From Haliotis rubra (taxonomy: Eukaryota): 64,000 nt of DNA. The notes under the pieces are model-generated. The model was given only the letters and a program-made list of their open reading frames with translations. It did no database searches and was not told where the DNA came from. Shown here piece after piece: positions 38,467 to 51,703 of the stretch (positions are counted from its first letter, which is position 1; each line of letters begins with the position of its first letter). The stretch lies in assembly GCF_003918875.1 (NCBI RefSeq), contig NW_025766581.1, forward strand, positions 1 through 64,000. Direction: 5' to 3'. The position numbers were made by a program, and so were the translations under genes.

Positions 38467-41400
38467 CATAAAAATCAAAAGAATGAAAGTCAGTGCAGAG
38501 CTGTGGTTTATGACATTCTGTGCATGGTGTTCGTCTGGAATGGCTTGTGTCTTCACCAAAACGTATGGGCATAGCTTTGTCAGTGAATTGCAGACATGCA
38601 ATATTCAAATAGGTCGTTTCCAGCATGAAGTGAAATAGTCCACCAGGTGAAAGATCACCAGCTGTTGTGGAGATTCCTGGGATGACCTGAGCTACACAAC
38701 GACTACTTGATCTCAACAGTGTGCTGAACCAGCTGAAGTTTGAAGAAATGCCTAAAGGAAATATTCCTCTCCGTTATCCCTATGATAGACTAAAGCTAAG
38801 ATAGAGTCTGGGTATATTATTTGTTTTTTGAAAAACGAAGAACATTTTGTGTTGGATAGAACTGAGGAATAACGAACCCAGTGCTGGTTAGGTTTTTTGT
38901 TACTCGGAAGTGTACATGTTTCCGTGTATATGACCACACCACTGTATGTGTATTTAGAATGATCTCATCATCCGGTCAACAAAGCATAGTCCCAAACAAA
39001 TTCCAAACGATATTTCTAGTATTGAGCGATGTTTCCTAAAACATTATATAATTCCTTTCAAAAGTTTAGACTCACTAGTGTAATATACTTCCAATCAAAA
39101 GTTTAGACTGTTTTAAGTGAGTCTAAACTTTTGAAAGGAAGTATACAAATTGAAGTCTTGAGGTCAAGGGTATACTGTATCCCTGTTTTCACATATTTTA
39201 CACAGGAGACACTATGTTGAAATGTCAACCCAAACCAAATTGTTTTATTGCTTGTTAGGAAGTAAAATGAATGTGCGCAGTTTTTATTTCTGTCCGTTAG
39301 ATGACTCTGAAGATGAGAACTTCATGTGATAATATGGTTGGACACGGAAATTTAGTGAGATTTCAGGTATTAAATTATATTCTTTCGTAGAAATGCATGA
39401 CATGACGTCACGTTTCTATTTTATTAACCCATTTTCAAATTTCCTATACAATAGACAATTTTGTTGTACCTGTATTTTTTAGGGTTTCTTTGTTTCGGGT
39501 TTTTGTGGGTTTTTTTGCTCCGTTTCTCTTTGTAGCGATGAATGAGCAAGTTAGTAACATTTGAAATACTTGACGTCACGTTTCTATTTTGTGCACCCAT
39601 TTTCACATTTCTATACATCAGACCATTATCTGGCACATGTATATTTCAGCTGTTGTTTCTGTTTTGCGTCGTTTCTCTTTGTAGCTGCATGACGATGAAT
39701 GAACGAGTTGTAAGTCAATGGAATGTGGTGTAATGCCGCTTTGAACAGTTGTACTATAGTGCTACAGTTAGATGGGCATGATGACGAGAGACACAAAACA
39801 CTGTGAGTAGACTATACTAGAGAGGAGGACAAGGAAATTATAGATGTAATTGCTGGGCCGAGATCGCAAATCTGGGATACCAGTCTGAGATACCAGTCTG
39901 AGATACTGTCAGTCCAGATTGGACGTATATTTCAGCTTGCGACAGTTATTCTTTGACGGTGATACTTGTGGTGAAAAAAGTTGTAGGTAATTAAATTGAA
40001 ATCACATAAAGTGTCAGTTTGTTCAAAGTATGTTTCTTTCGGTGTTAGTGAAATGGGACATAGTCAAGCATATTTGTAAGGACCCATGGAATTCCATTTT
40101 CATAAGATATGTGATTACAAACATAGGAAGGACCCAGATTCCCTACCAACCACAAAAATGATCATTCCTGAAAATTTTAAACAAAACACTTTCCACATTC
40201 GCGGAAAAATTATTTAAATTACACTTGAGTGTTTGCCAGTTCATTTGACCCGGCGTTAAAATGAGGCAACATTTTCTTGTCTTTCTTTCTCAATATTCAT
40301 TCACATGTCTCTGGTTAATTTCACTTCGCTGATTCAAACAAGTTTCCGGATCATATCAGATATGTGGCTGTGCCCTCTATATATTACCTGATTTATCAAG
40401 GCAATACGTCGAACTTTTGTAGAAGCATTTTGTTTCTTGCGCATGACATAAACTGTCTAGTAAAAATTCTGAAATATGAGCGAAAAAACGAGAGAAAATA
40501 TCCATGATAGCCTTATAGGGTCTTGTTCACACGAAGGTGTTTGTGTTTTTTGTTTAACTGCACCAAGAGCAATATTAAAGCTGACAATCTAAGCTGAGTT
40601 CAAGTAGTGCATGATATTTATTCGTATTTCATGATAGTTATTGACTAAGGTTAGGTCGCATTTCAGCCTGATTAGCAATGTGGCCCTTGACGTAGAGCCG
40701 GACAAAACGGTTACCTTCATGATCCAAATAGGGCGATGAATTTGCTTGAATTGTCATTATTCAAACACGTGATGCACGTGCATTACAACTTTAACTGTGT
40801 AAAAGGTATGTTTATATGGAAAAGGTATTACTATATGCTGATTTCTGTGAAACGTAGCAAGAGTTTCAGCTTCATCGTGCATGTTGCATTTCAACTTTAT
40901 GCTTGACATTGTGTAGGAACATAACAGTTGCAAACAGGAAAGCTGCAACATCTAGTTTAGATTGCACACCTCGGGAGGTGATATCATGAACTCAACTTTT
41001 ATTTGAAGTACCAAATCATTTGCTAGCATCATCAAAAACTGTTCACTAAAGTTGGGGAATATTTCATCAACTTCTCCCAAAACAAATGCAAAGCAGTATA
41101 ACTAAAACATACTGGAGAAATTTACAAACGTAATGTTTGACACTGAGTATGCTCATCGTGGATTGATTTATGTCGGACACAACACATATTATCAACATGA
41201 AACATCCTGTAAGAAAAGGCTAATAAAAGAAATCATCCCCATACTGTACATAAAAAATATTGCACTTTTGCATGAATCTTGGAATGGCAGGGAAAACCAT
41301 TCATCTATTAGCCTGATATGCGGGTGATCTTAATTGTCACAATATCACGGGGATGTAATTATTTCTGTCCTTTTTGTTTGTTTCTTGTTTAACGCTCAAC

Positions 41401-44400
41401 TCGGCGATATTCCAGTTATATGGCGGAATATTGTAACTAATCGAGTCTGGACCGGTTAGTCCAGTGATCAACATCATGAACCGAGAGAGCGAGAGACATT
41501 GATACATAGTGTACGTGCCGAATGCTACTCCGCCTGCACCTCGCCAGCAACAGCTGACTTCGGCCTGATGAACATATGTTTCTCAATGTGTCTGTGTCTC
41601 TCTTCTATTTGAATTAGTGTTCAGAGAGGTCAATGTTGGCTGATTATGGTTTGTTGTTTAACGCCGCACTCAGCTACGTTCCAGCTATATGTCGGCTATC
41701 TGTAAATAATCGAGCCTGGACCAGCCAGTGATCAGAATTATGAACATCGATCTTTGCAATGGGGATACTATGACATGAGTCAACCAAGTCAGCCAGCCTG
41801 TCCACCCGATCCCGTTAGTCGCCTCCTACGACAAGCCGACAAGCATGGGCTACTGAGGATCAATTCTAACCCGGACCTTCACGGGTGGGAGAAGTCAATG
41901 GGAGTTATAAGTAACAATTACACAGCACATGCATTTCAGTTCTTGGAAGGATTTAGAGATGAACATGAATACATGTGAACGGTCACTTACTGTTTAGATA
42001 CGTGTTCAAACTCAGTATACGTATGTGTAAAAGATTAAATCGCTTAGTTGGGAAACACAGGGAGTAGGTGTAGAACAGGGAAAGAATTGTAACCAGTATT
42101 GTTTATGTTGTTTCAAAGATTTTCTGAAAGTTGCTTTACTGGACATTTAATTTCTTTGCCACTTTAATCCATCAACGTTCTCTTTTGGTTATGTTGACAC
42201 ATTATCTGAATTTCTTGTAAGCATACCAACACCGGGTCGTGTTTTACAGACATTATAAACCTAACCCTATTTTTGTCCATTTTATTGAAGAGTTAACTTA
42301 AAACCTTGGAATAACCTCCAGTTGGAGATTTTACCAGTTGTAAAACCCGGTACGAGGTGTTACTTTTTGAACAAAGACCCCTAACCGGGTGTTACAAGTG
42401 GGAATACCTGTGACAAGATAAAATAACAAAATTCAAAAGAGGAAATCCTTTATTTAATGATTAACTGCTTAAAGCTTAGAGTAACATGGACAGTTTTGTG
42501 CCTGTCAGTAGATGGGATTTCGGGTTGTGGAACAAGCCTCTCCAACAGAACATCCTGGCTGTGGGTCGGTCTTTGTAACCGTGGTTACAGTGGTTTGCGG
42601 GTGGGCCTCGGCTGGTCTTGACTTTTCAGATGTCAGACACTGCAGCTTTCTGGTTGTCAGATAACCGTTTGTACACCCTTACTGCCTCACAGCGATGTCC
42701 TAGACAATAGAAATATTTGCTATTTACACACCTTCAACAAAGTGTTTTCAGTAAATTCTGTAGATTCCAAGATCATATCACATCCATATTTCCGCTTTAA
42801 CAAGAGATTAGAATCATTAAATATACTTTTTATTATGAGCATTGTGGGAGCATTATTGACGTCTATACCCTTCAAAACATATCACGTACCATAGACTACA
42901 AGTAACCAAAGATTTACAATAATGGACCCACAAATCAGCGAAAAGGCCGACATAGACTCTTACCTATACACAGAAACGTCCTTCACGTCAACAAAGGGTA
43001 ATACGCGCCCAGCCGAGAGAACACTTACGGAAAAGGTCGAGTTCAAGCGAATACGACAAACCACACGAACACACAGCCACCGGAAAGGTAGACTTAAGTC
43101 ATTGCTTGTGATTTTCTGCAAAGTAGATATTGTTAAACTGACAACTGATGCCATTTATTGTGTTTTGTCAACTGTTCATTATCTGATAGAAATGTACGAG
43201 TGTCAGTACGTCTTGAAATCAGTGATAATTGTGAGGGTAAGTTGTCTACTTCACAGGGGCTTGTAACGCTAAAAACTGCAATCAAGGTATATACTGTCAC
43301 TTAGTACTATAGTCTACTTTCGTTATCACTTTATACGATATCCTCGCGATGGTGTTGTAACACGTAGCACTGGAGCTAAGTGGGTAAATCCAATTATACA
43401 AAGGTTTTGTCATTGACTGATTCATGGACTTGAATAATAGTGTTCAGGTGTACTTTCAATGAATGTATCCGTTTAATCGTTCCTCCTACGTACTGTGCTT
43501 TTAGCGATACCTTACTACTGCTGGCTGCGGGGCTTTCCGATCATGTGCATTGTCAGTGTTTGAGGTTAAAGGTGAGTGAATAGACACCATGTATAGTGGT
43601 GGCGGTGCAGATATGTCGGTTGTGTTCTCCACGCCTGAAGTGCATGTATCTGGCAGGAACGTAGGTTTGGGTCGAGAGTGCCTGTTCACCTGGTCCCGAT
43701 ACTGTATAGCAGTAACATTATCCTGCATGACAATCTGCTGAGATCGACCATTGGCACGAATATGCTCCCAAGATTATTAAGTACATGCATGGTCAATATT
43801 ATGGTAACTATGATGACGTAAATACGATCTGACATTGACCTGTTCATTGGTTTGTGTAATAGTCAGTGTTCAGGTATAATTTCGGTGAGGGTGTCCATTC
43901 AATCGTTCCTCCTACTGTGTTTTGTGCGATACCTTACTTCTGGTGGCTAGGGGGCGTGTCTACCATGTGTAGATTCAGTGTTTGCCTTTGAGTAGGGTTG
44001 AGGTTAACGGTGAGCGATTAGATTAAATATATGTACATGATCCAATTCATGGCGGTGCAGATATGTCGGTTGTGTTTTCCACACCTGAAGTGCATGTATC
44101 TGGCAGGAATGAAGGTTTTGGCCGAACTTCCCTTATGATATACTGTTCATTAGAGACAGTCAGGGAAATCGTGTGTATACCACAATTGGGAACGGGAAGG
44201 CCAGTCCATGACGTCAACACCAGCGTTAGTAACAACAAGGTGGGGCTCGACGTTGTCATGGTAACATGTCAGTCCTGGATAATGTAGCTGCTTATATGGC
44301 AGAAGAACGTGGGTGAAGACCTGTCTCCGATACTGTGTGGCAGTAACATCCTGGACGACAAGCAGTTCAGATTGGCACCCATGTGCACGAATATGCTCCC

Positions 44401-44494
44401 AAGATTACTACCGACTTGCATGGTAAATAATATGGTAACTATGGTAAGGTAAAAAAGATGTCAGTGTGCCCAGTAGACTGCTCGGGTACAGAGG

Positions 44495-44636
44495 NNNNNN
44501 NNNNNNNNNNNNNNNNNNNNNNNNNNNNNNNNNNNNNNNNNNNNNNNNNNNNNNNNNNNNNNNNNNNNNNNNNNNNNNNNNNNNNNNNNNNNNNNNNNNN
44601 NNNNNNNNNNNNNNNNNNNNNNNNNNNNNNNNNNNN
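44495..44636. other. Assembly gap (N run)
   Basis: Run of n characters, located where paralogs carry an (AGAT)n microsatellite. Confidence 1.
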
Positions 44637-44832
44637 AGAGAGAAAGACAGGTAGATAGACATCAGTTTATATTTAAAGTGTGTCTGTGTGTGTGAGTGTG
44701 TTTGTATACAGCTTCACATGCAGGTGCACGTATGTTCAGATCTTCCATTACTGCTTATTGAATCTGTAGTGAGTAAAGCGTAATTTATTTGTTTTAAACT
44801 AAACAGGTACAAACTGCATGTGTATCTTACAG

Positions 44833-46964
44833 ATGGCGACCGCCGGGCTAGAGAAGAAAGTAAAGGATAATTTCCTGACGTGCTCCATCTGCTTGGAGAT
44901 GTACACAGACCCGTGTACACTGAAGTGTGATCACACATTCTGCAGGAAATGTGTCACCTCATACATCCAAACCAGACCTGATGCTGTACAGTCCAAGACC
45001 ATCCCCTGTCCCTGCTGTCGACAAGACACCAAGGTCCCCCACCCCCGCAGGCCGGTGGAGGAGTGGGCTGGGCAGATCAAACCCAGCATCATTTTACAGG
45101 GGCTGATTGAAACCTATAGATCCGAGGTGGCTGTGCAAGGTAAAGTGAAAATATGATCCACGTGTGTGCGTGTGTGTATGTGTATGTATGTATTTAAAAC
45201 CAGTGGTAGACTTAACATTTACATCTGTGTGTGTTAAAAATACCCTGCTTTCTTGAGTGGCCTTTTCAAGTTGTGATGAAAATAAGAACGTGTGTACTTG
45301 TGTTTACAGAGACCTCGAGCACCTGTTGTATGATCTGTGAGCAACTAGGGGAGACAACACTAGGGGTCTTGTGGTGTCCTGAGTGTGAAGTGGCCCTCTG
45401 TGACAAATGTGTGAAGACACACCGGGTGACCCCTACTTTATTGAACCATGACCTATGTGACCTGTCGTCTAGGTCAAAGGTCAAACGGAGGATCATGTGT
45501 ACGGAACACAAGAGTAACCGTGTTGAGTTCCACTGTCAAGACTGTGGGAAGGCTGCCTGTCAGACATGTTGTATCATCTACCACAGAGCTTGTAAGACTG
45601 TCGTAACCATTGAGTCTATGAAGCCAGGGATGAAAGCAGCACTGATCGAGAAGAGACTTGGCATGGAGAAGAGACTGAAAGTGAGGTCGAAGAAAGTAGA
45701 CATAAAACACGAGTAGCTCCAAAGTAGTTCTAGAATCACAGAGTTAGCTGTTCAAAATATTAGGTTGATCTGCCAGACAGCGATTAACAAGATTAAACAG
45801 AAAGAATCACAACTGTTGGATGAACTGAATAACATATCACAGACATACGCCGACCAACTCCAAGCTGATGTGAAGCTGGAAGAGATCGATATGCAGATGT
45901 ACAGACAACATTGTGAGTTCATTGACCAGGCCTTGATATCGAACTGTGAGATGGACCTGTATGACGCGTATCAGGTCTGGGAATCTGGAGCTGTAGAAAT
46001 GGTGGGTGTCAGGGATACAGAGGCATCAGACACCCGGAGAATAGATGACATCAGGTTTATACCTAACACTTTCAGGGTCCAGGAGACCCTAGAAAAACTG
46101 CCGTTTGGGAAAATTGACGTCACATACCAGGGCACATGTCTACTGTCTCCAGTGCTGGGTGACACGATAGATGTGAGGGTGGAGAGTGATGAGATGAGCC
46201 CTGACTTAAGGTGCATAACAGTCCTGACTGTAGGTGATATACAGACACGTGTTGTCACTGACTTTTCTAACAACTGCCTGAAATCTCTGTACACTAGAGA
46301 CAATCATCCATGCCACAGTAAGCTTCCCCTGGATAACCCACCATCTGGGATAACACAGTTGAAGCAGAAGCAGGTAATGGTTGCTGTACCTTCGTCCCGC
46401 CAGATTGTAACAGTAGAAGTGACCCCCGACCTGGTGCTGCTCTCAACCATCCTAACTCGCAATAGTTACGACAGTCTGGCTGTTCTGAACCTTTCATCTC
46501 TGGCAGCAAGTGGCGAGGATTGTGATGGTTACGGCATTGTTGATATCCTTGACATGTCTGGACACCTGTTGAGGTCAATCAGTAAATACAATGGCGTCTC
46601 ACTGTTTGCCTACCCCTGGTACATGTGTGTCAACAACAAAGGCAACATACTCGTGTCTGACTGGGAACGTGAGTCTGTGACATGTCTGACGCAAGAGGGA
46701 GATGTTGTGTGGATACACGCCCCTACCGGTGACAGCGCCATTGGTTGCGCCTCTGGTATCACAACTACCAGCACAGGAGACATCCTGCTTGTAGACAGCC
46801 GCACTGACAAGGTGATACAGCTGGCAGAGTCGGGGGAGTTTGTCAGGGAGCTGCTCACGTTAGAAGATAGCGATGAGACAGGCATGTGCGATATATTCTG
46901 TGATAAATACGGTTTCTTATTTCTATGCACAGACACGGCAGTGAAAGAGTACGTGTTTGTCTGA
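44833..46964 (+). CDS. TRIM-NHL E3 ligase copy F; exons 44833-45139 and 45310-46964; 653 codons with a single in-frame TAG at 45714-45716
   Basis: All domains are present and ORFs 45231-45716 and 45765-46964 share one frame. AAG(K)>TAG relative to copies D and E; no frameshifts seen. Confidence 0.88.
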
Positions 46965-47217
46965 CATAAAACAAAAGAATGAAAGTTAGTGCAGAGCTGT
47001 GGTTTAAGCGTTTGTCACTTCACTGCTCGTGATCTACTGTACGTGGGGTTAGTCTGGAAATGTTTGTGTATTCACCAAAACGTATGAGCATCGCTTTGTC
47101 AGTGAATTGCAGACATGCAGTATTCAAACAGGTCATTTCCAGGATGAAGGGAAATAGTCCACATGATCACCAGGTGAAACACACCAGCTGTTGTGGAGAT
47201 TCCTTGGATGACCTGAG

Positions 47218-47566
47218 ATGACCATGGTGTAGTGGTAAGAGCGTCCACACGGAGAGCGGAAGGTCGCGGGTTCGATCCCTGACCGCGTCATACCAAAAGA
47301 CGTTAAAATATGGTACTTGTTGGTCCCTGTCTGGCGCTCGGCATTAATGGGTACAACAAGGACTGGTCAGCTAGGAGTCAGTATAATGTGTCTATGTGGG
47401 GTATTCATGCTTCACTGCGGCATGGTATCTCAGTGGGCTAGCACTATAAAACCAGCTTAAGTCTGGGCTAGTACAAGCAACCGCACATACACATACACAC
47501 GCATGCACGTCGTCATATGAGCGAAATATTCTCAAGCACGAAGTTGCCTAATTTCACCTCACCTCA
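47218..47566 (+). mobile_element. tRNA-derived SINE with a Meta/MESC-like central domain
   Basis: A box TGGTGTAGTGG, B box GGTTCGATCCC, core cgcgtcataccaaaagacgttaaaatatggtacttgttggtccctgtctggcgctcggcattaatggg...gtcagtataatgtgtc, (CACCT)n tail. Absent at the paralogous site ~63320. Confidence 0.8.
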
Positions 47567-48244
47567 ACTTGATCTCAACAGTGTGCTGAACCAGCTGAAG
47601 TTCAAAGAAACCCCATGCATGAAACCCTGGAGACATATATACATTGACTAATGTATGGATGGACTAGGACCACAGGAACTCTGAAACTGTTGGTCAGTTT
47701 TCGGAGTTTCTTCCTCATAGAATATTCAGTATCCATATAAACGATCTTCACCCAAACCTGATGATATAGCTTATATTGTCTAGTTGAGACATACCATATT
47801 CACTTAAAGGTCACTTCCAGCAACTAAATGGACCGCATGATGACTCGATGAAACACATCAGTGGTGATAGTGGTTGTACCTACACTTAGACAGGACAATA
47901 TGATCTTAACATAGTATGATAATGCACACCACTTATGGTTAAAAGCCGAGGCATGTGGTGAAAAGGAAACCTTACGTCTCTGCTCATTACTTGCGTGAAA
48001 CGCTGTCAACATAGAAAGGTGTATGGCATACGATCCAATAGTCTGTCTCAGTGTCTGTGAACCACATTTTGTCCCCTGTTGCTTAGCCCACCCTGTAATG
48101 CCAAAGCCATAAATGCACAAGTCTAGATTTCCTCAGGTCCAGGATCTCCCATCTCATCAGTGCTCCTTATCTAGTTAATGGACCAAAACTATTTTACTTC
48201 ACTTCATTCAATCTTGTGCTAGTTTATCACGAGTAAACCCAAGT

Positions 48245-48430
48245 ATGGAGAAGATTGAGGCGCGCAGTGTTATCAAGTTTTTGCACTTGAAGGGTTGCAC
48301 TTCTCGACAGATTCACGAGGAGATGAAATCTGTATTTTGTGAAGATATTATGATAGTGTTGTGAGATGGAAAAGGGATTTTCAAACCGGTCATATGCTAC
48401 TCACAGATGAGCCAAGAAGTGGACGCCGTT
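48245..48430 (+). mobile_element. Mariner transposase N-terminal (HTH) remnant
   Basis: MEKIEARSVIKFLHLKGCTSRQIHEEMKSV ... RWKRDFQTGHMLLTDEPRSGR is typical of mariner HTH domains; frameshifted and truncated. A scrambled paralog lies at 63775-64000. Confidence 0.85.
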
Positions 48431-48789
48431 TTGACGATATCAATGAGGTCATTCAAGAGGTGGGGTTGGTTTTCAATGAAATCAGGGGTTCTATTCAGGC
48501 GTCTGCACAAGGTCAAGAAATGTTAGGAGAACTCTGGATTGGGCCTATGTATATAGAAGTCTTAAGGACAAGAAATCAAGATAAAGTTTTTACCCTGAAT
48601 ACGTCTTGGTGATAATTAGAATTTTTTTATACCCTCTCGTAACTCAAGCAAGTGCTATGTGGATTAATTGAGCACTGTTCAAAGATTCATGACATATAGG
48701 CTATAGTTTTCATTTGAAAACAGACATTAGATAGTGGGATAGTTAGAATCACATCTTTCAAATGAATAGTTTACCCTCAGACATCATAT

Positions 48790-50720
48790 ATTCAACACAT
48801 AGTCGTTGTCCGTTAGCTAAGGCACCGGACGTCCTCTGTGTAGTACTTAAAACCCCATGAAGATCCGGGTTAGAAGTGATCTTCAGGAACCCATGCTTGT
48901 TCTAAGAGGCAAATAACGGGATCGGGTGGTCAGGCTAGCATGGTTGGCACATGTCAATCAGTCAAACAGTCCAATCTCACTAGGTGGGTACATTGTCACC
49001 TCATTCTCCTCTCAGCAGGAGAGTCGTCAAACGTCTCACCATGGTGGGTAGTCATACTTACATACTTACACTTCACTACCTGGGTTATAAGACTTGGACT
49101 GTAGGACCTTTATTTTTATACCTGTATTCTTACATTTTCTTATGGTTTGTTAGAAGCATGCTGTGTTTCACTTAAGCCGAGCCGTGAAGATCCGGGTTAG
49201 AATATTGATCTTCAATAATCCATGCTTGTCATAAGAGGGAACTAACGGGATCTGGTGGTCAGGCTCGCTGACTTGATTGACACATGTCATCGAATCCCAG
49301 CTGCGTAGACCGGTGCTCATGATGTTGACCACTGGATTGTCTGGTCCAGACTCGATTATTTACAGTATTCCGCCATATAACTGGAATATCGCTGAATTGA
49401 GCGTTAAACAAGAAACGAACAAGACAAAAGTAATTGCATCTCCACGACACCGGTGTACATGACAGTAGAATCCACTGAATTTCATTGGTCATCTTTCAAG
49501 ATGACCAGTATATCATATTTCATGAATGGGTTTCTCTGCCATTCCAAGTTTCATGCAAAGAGTGCAATGATTTCTAGTTATAAAATGGGGATCATTTCTT
49601 TCCATGGTCTTTTCTTGCCGACTGTTTCATGTTGTTAATCTGTTGTGTCCGGCATAATCAATCCACGAAGAGCTTATTCGATGTCATACATTGCGTTTGT
49701 AAATTCTCCACCATTCTCCAGTATGTTTTAGTTGTAGTATTTGGCATTTGTTTTGGGTCACTTAAATAAATACCGAAAAAGTGAAGAAATATTCCCCCAA
49801 CATTAGTGAACAGTGTTTGATGATGCTCATAAATGATTCCTCGTTTTCAAATAGAAATTGAGTTCATGATATCACCTCCCGGGATGTGCTGTCTAAACTA
49901 TCCTGTATGCAACTGTTCTGTTCCTACATAATCTGAAAATGTCAAACAACAAACGCGATGGAGCTGGAACTCCTGCTGTATTTCATAGAAATCCGTATAT
50001 TATTACTTTTTCCATATGAAAATACTTTTTACCCAGTTAAAGTTGTAATGCACGTGCAACACGATCACAGCCCGTGCTTGAACAATGAAAATTCAAGCAA
50101 ATTTCCATTGCCTTATCCGGACCATGAATGTAACCGTTTTGCCTAGTCTCGCTAGATGTCAAGGACCACGTTGCTAATCAGGCTGAAAAACGCCCTAACC
50201 TGAGTCAGAAACTATCATCGAAAACGAATAATTATCACAACTTGAACTCAGTTTGGATTGTCAGCTTATTATTGTCCTGGTGCCGTTACACAAAAAGCAC
50301 AAATGCCTTCTTTTTTAACAAAGCCAAATAGGATATTATGGATATATTTGTCTTGTTTCTTTTGTTCGGTTTCAGAATGAATATTAGACAATTTATGTCA
50401 TGCTCAAGAAATAAAAATGTTTCCACGTTTCGACGAAAGTCGACGACATACTGCCTTGAAAACGCAAATAATCCAAAGCAGCTCATCTGTTATGCTCCCG
50501 AAATGAAGTCAAACTATTGTTAAAGAATCACATGAATCAAAAGGCTCTTGGAGGAATTTAATGACGTGTATACCTTACGCTCTGTAGGTGATTCCCATCG
50601 ACATCGACATTCACAAAAGACAAGTGAACGAATATTGAGAAAGAAAATGTTGCCTCGGTTTAACGCCGGGTCAAATAAACTAGCAAACTCTCAAAAGTAA
50701 ATTTAATCTTTATCCCCGAA
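48790..50720 (-). repeat. Inverted copy of the inter-TRIM spacer
   Basis: For example, 50641 aagaaaatgttgcctc..tttaacgccgggtcaaa is the reverse complement of ~22755-22787; the block mirrors ~22720-23990 and ~57260-58140. Confidence 0.85.
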
Positions 50721-50912
50721 ACAACCCAGTTCGTTTATTTCTTGAGATGGATGACTACAGAACTATTGTGATACTGTGACCTTGGTGTTGATGTCTTGGT
50801 TGATATTCCTTTCGGGTTTCAAAAGTTTAATCCAGTTTGAAAAATCAACTTTAGAAAGATTAACAGGACAATGAATTCAACGGAAACGGAACAAAAACAA
50901 ACATGACATCAC

Positions 50913-51703
50913 ATGTCCGACTCATTAATGTGTCGAACCACTGTTGCCCTAAAGAATGACTTTCGAGAGACTGGCTACGTATTTGATATAATTATCCTTG
51001 ATGTTGAAGGCATCAAGACCATTGTTGTGTCCGACCTTCACAATACATCTGTGAAGTCCTTTTACGTTAGAAATGACAAATCTTGCCACAGTGAGTATGG
51101 CGTGGCCACACCTCATGATCTAACACACCTGGAACAAAACCAAGTGATGGTGTCGGCCCCCGATTCCTTCAGGATATCGATACTAGCTGTCACGCCTGAC
51201 CTCATTTGCCTCTCTGATATCAACACGTCGTTACATTGGCCTACGTATGTTAACCCCTTCCACGCTAGTAGGGTGTAAGTATGATACAGCAGCCATTGAT
51301 ATCCTGGACATGGAGGGGAAGGAACTCCAACTCGTTCTGTCTGGAAGTATTAAGGACAAAAGTATTTATAACAGGTTGTGTGTTTCAAGTACTCGTATCC
51401 AACTGGAATAGTAAGTCTCTCGTTTGCCTGACACCACAGGGAGATGCATTGTGGGAGCACTCCCCTGCTGAGAATGGGGAGTTCAGCAGACCCTTCCGTG
51501 TGAAGACTACCAGAACTTGGGAAATCCTTCTGGCAGACTATGAAACCAGCAGGGTGATCCAGCTGACCGAGTCTGGGCGGTTTGTCAAGGACATTCTTGT
51601 GCCTGAAGATGGACTGGCTTCTCCCACTGCATTGTATCTATACAATGAGAGACATTTATTTGTTGGTGTTGGTGGAGAAGTGAAGGAGTATCTTTTGCCC
51701 TAA
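50913..51703 (+). pseudogene. Divergent NHL/beta-propeller-only fragment of the same family, frameshifted
   Basis: DIIILDVEGIKTIVVSDLHNTSVKSFYVRNDKSCHS ... QVMVSAP ... VTPDL and VLVSNWNSKSLVCLTPQGDALW ... RVIQLTESGRFVKDIL ... VKEYLL align with the copy C-G propeller; disrupted at ~51230-51390. Confidence 0.82.
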
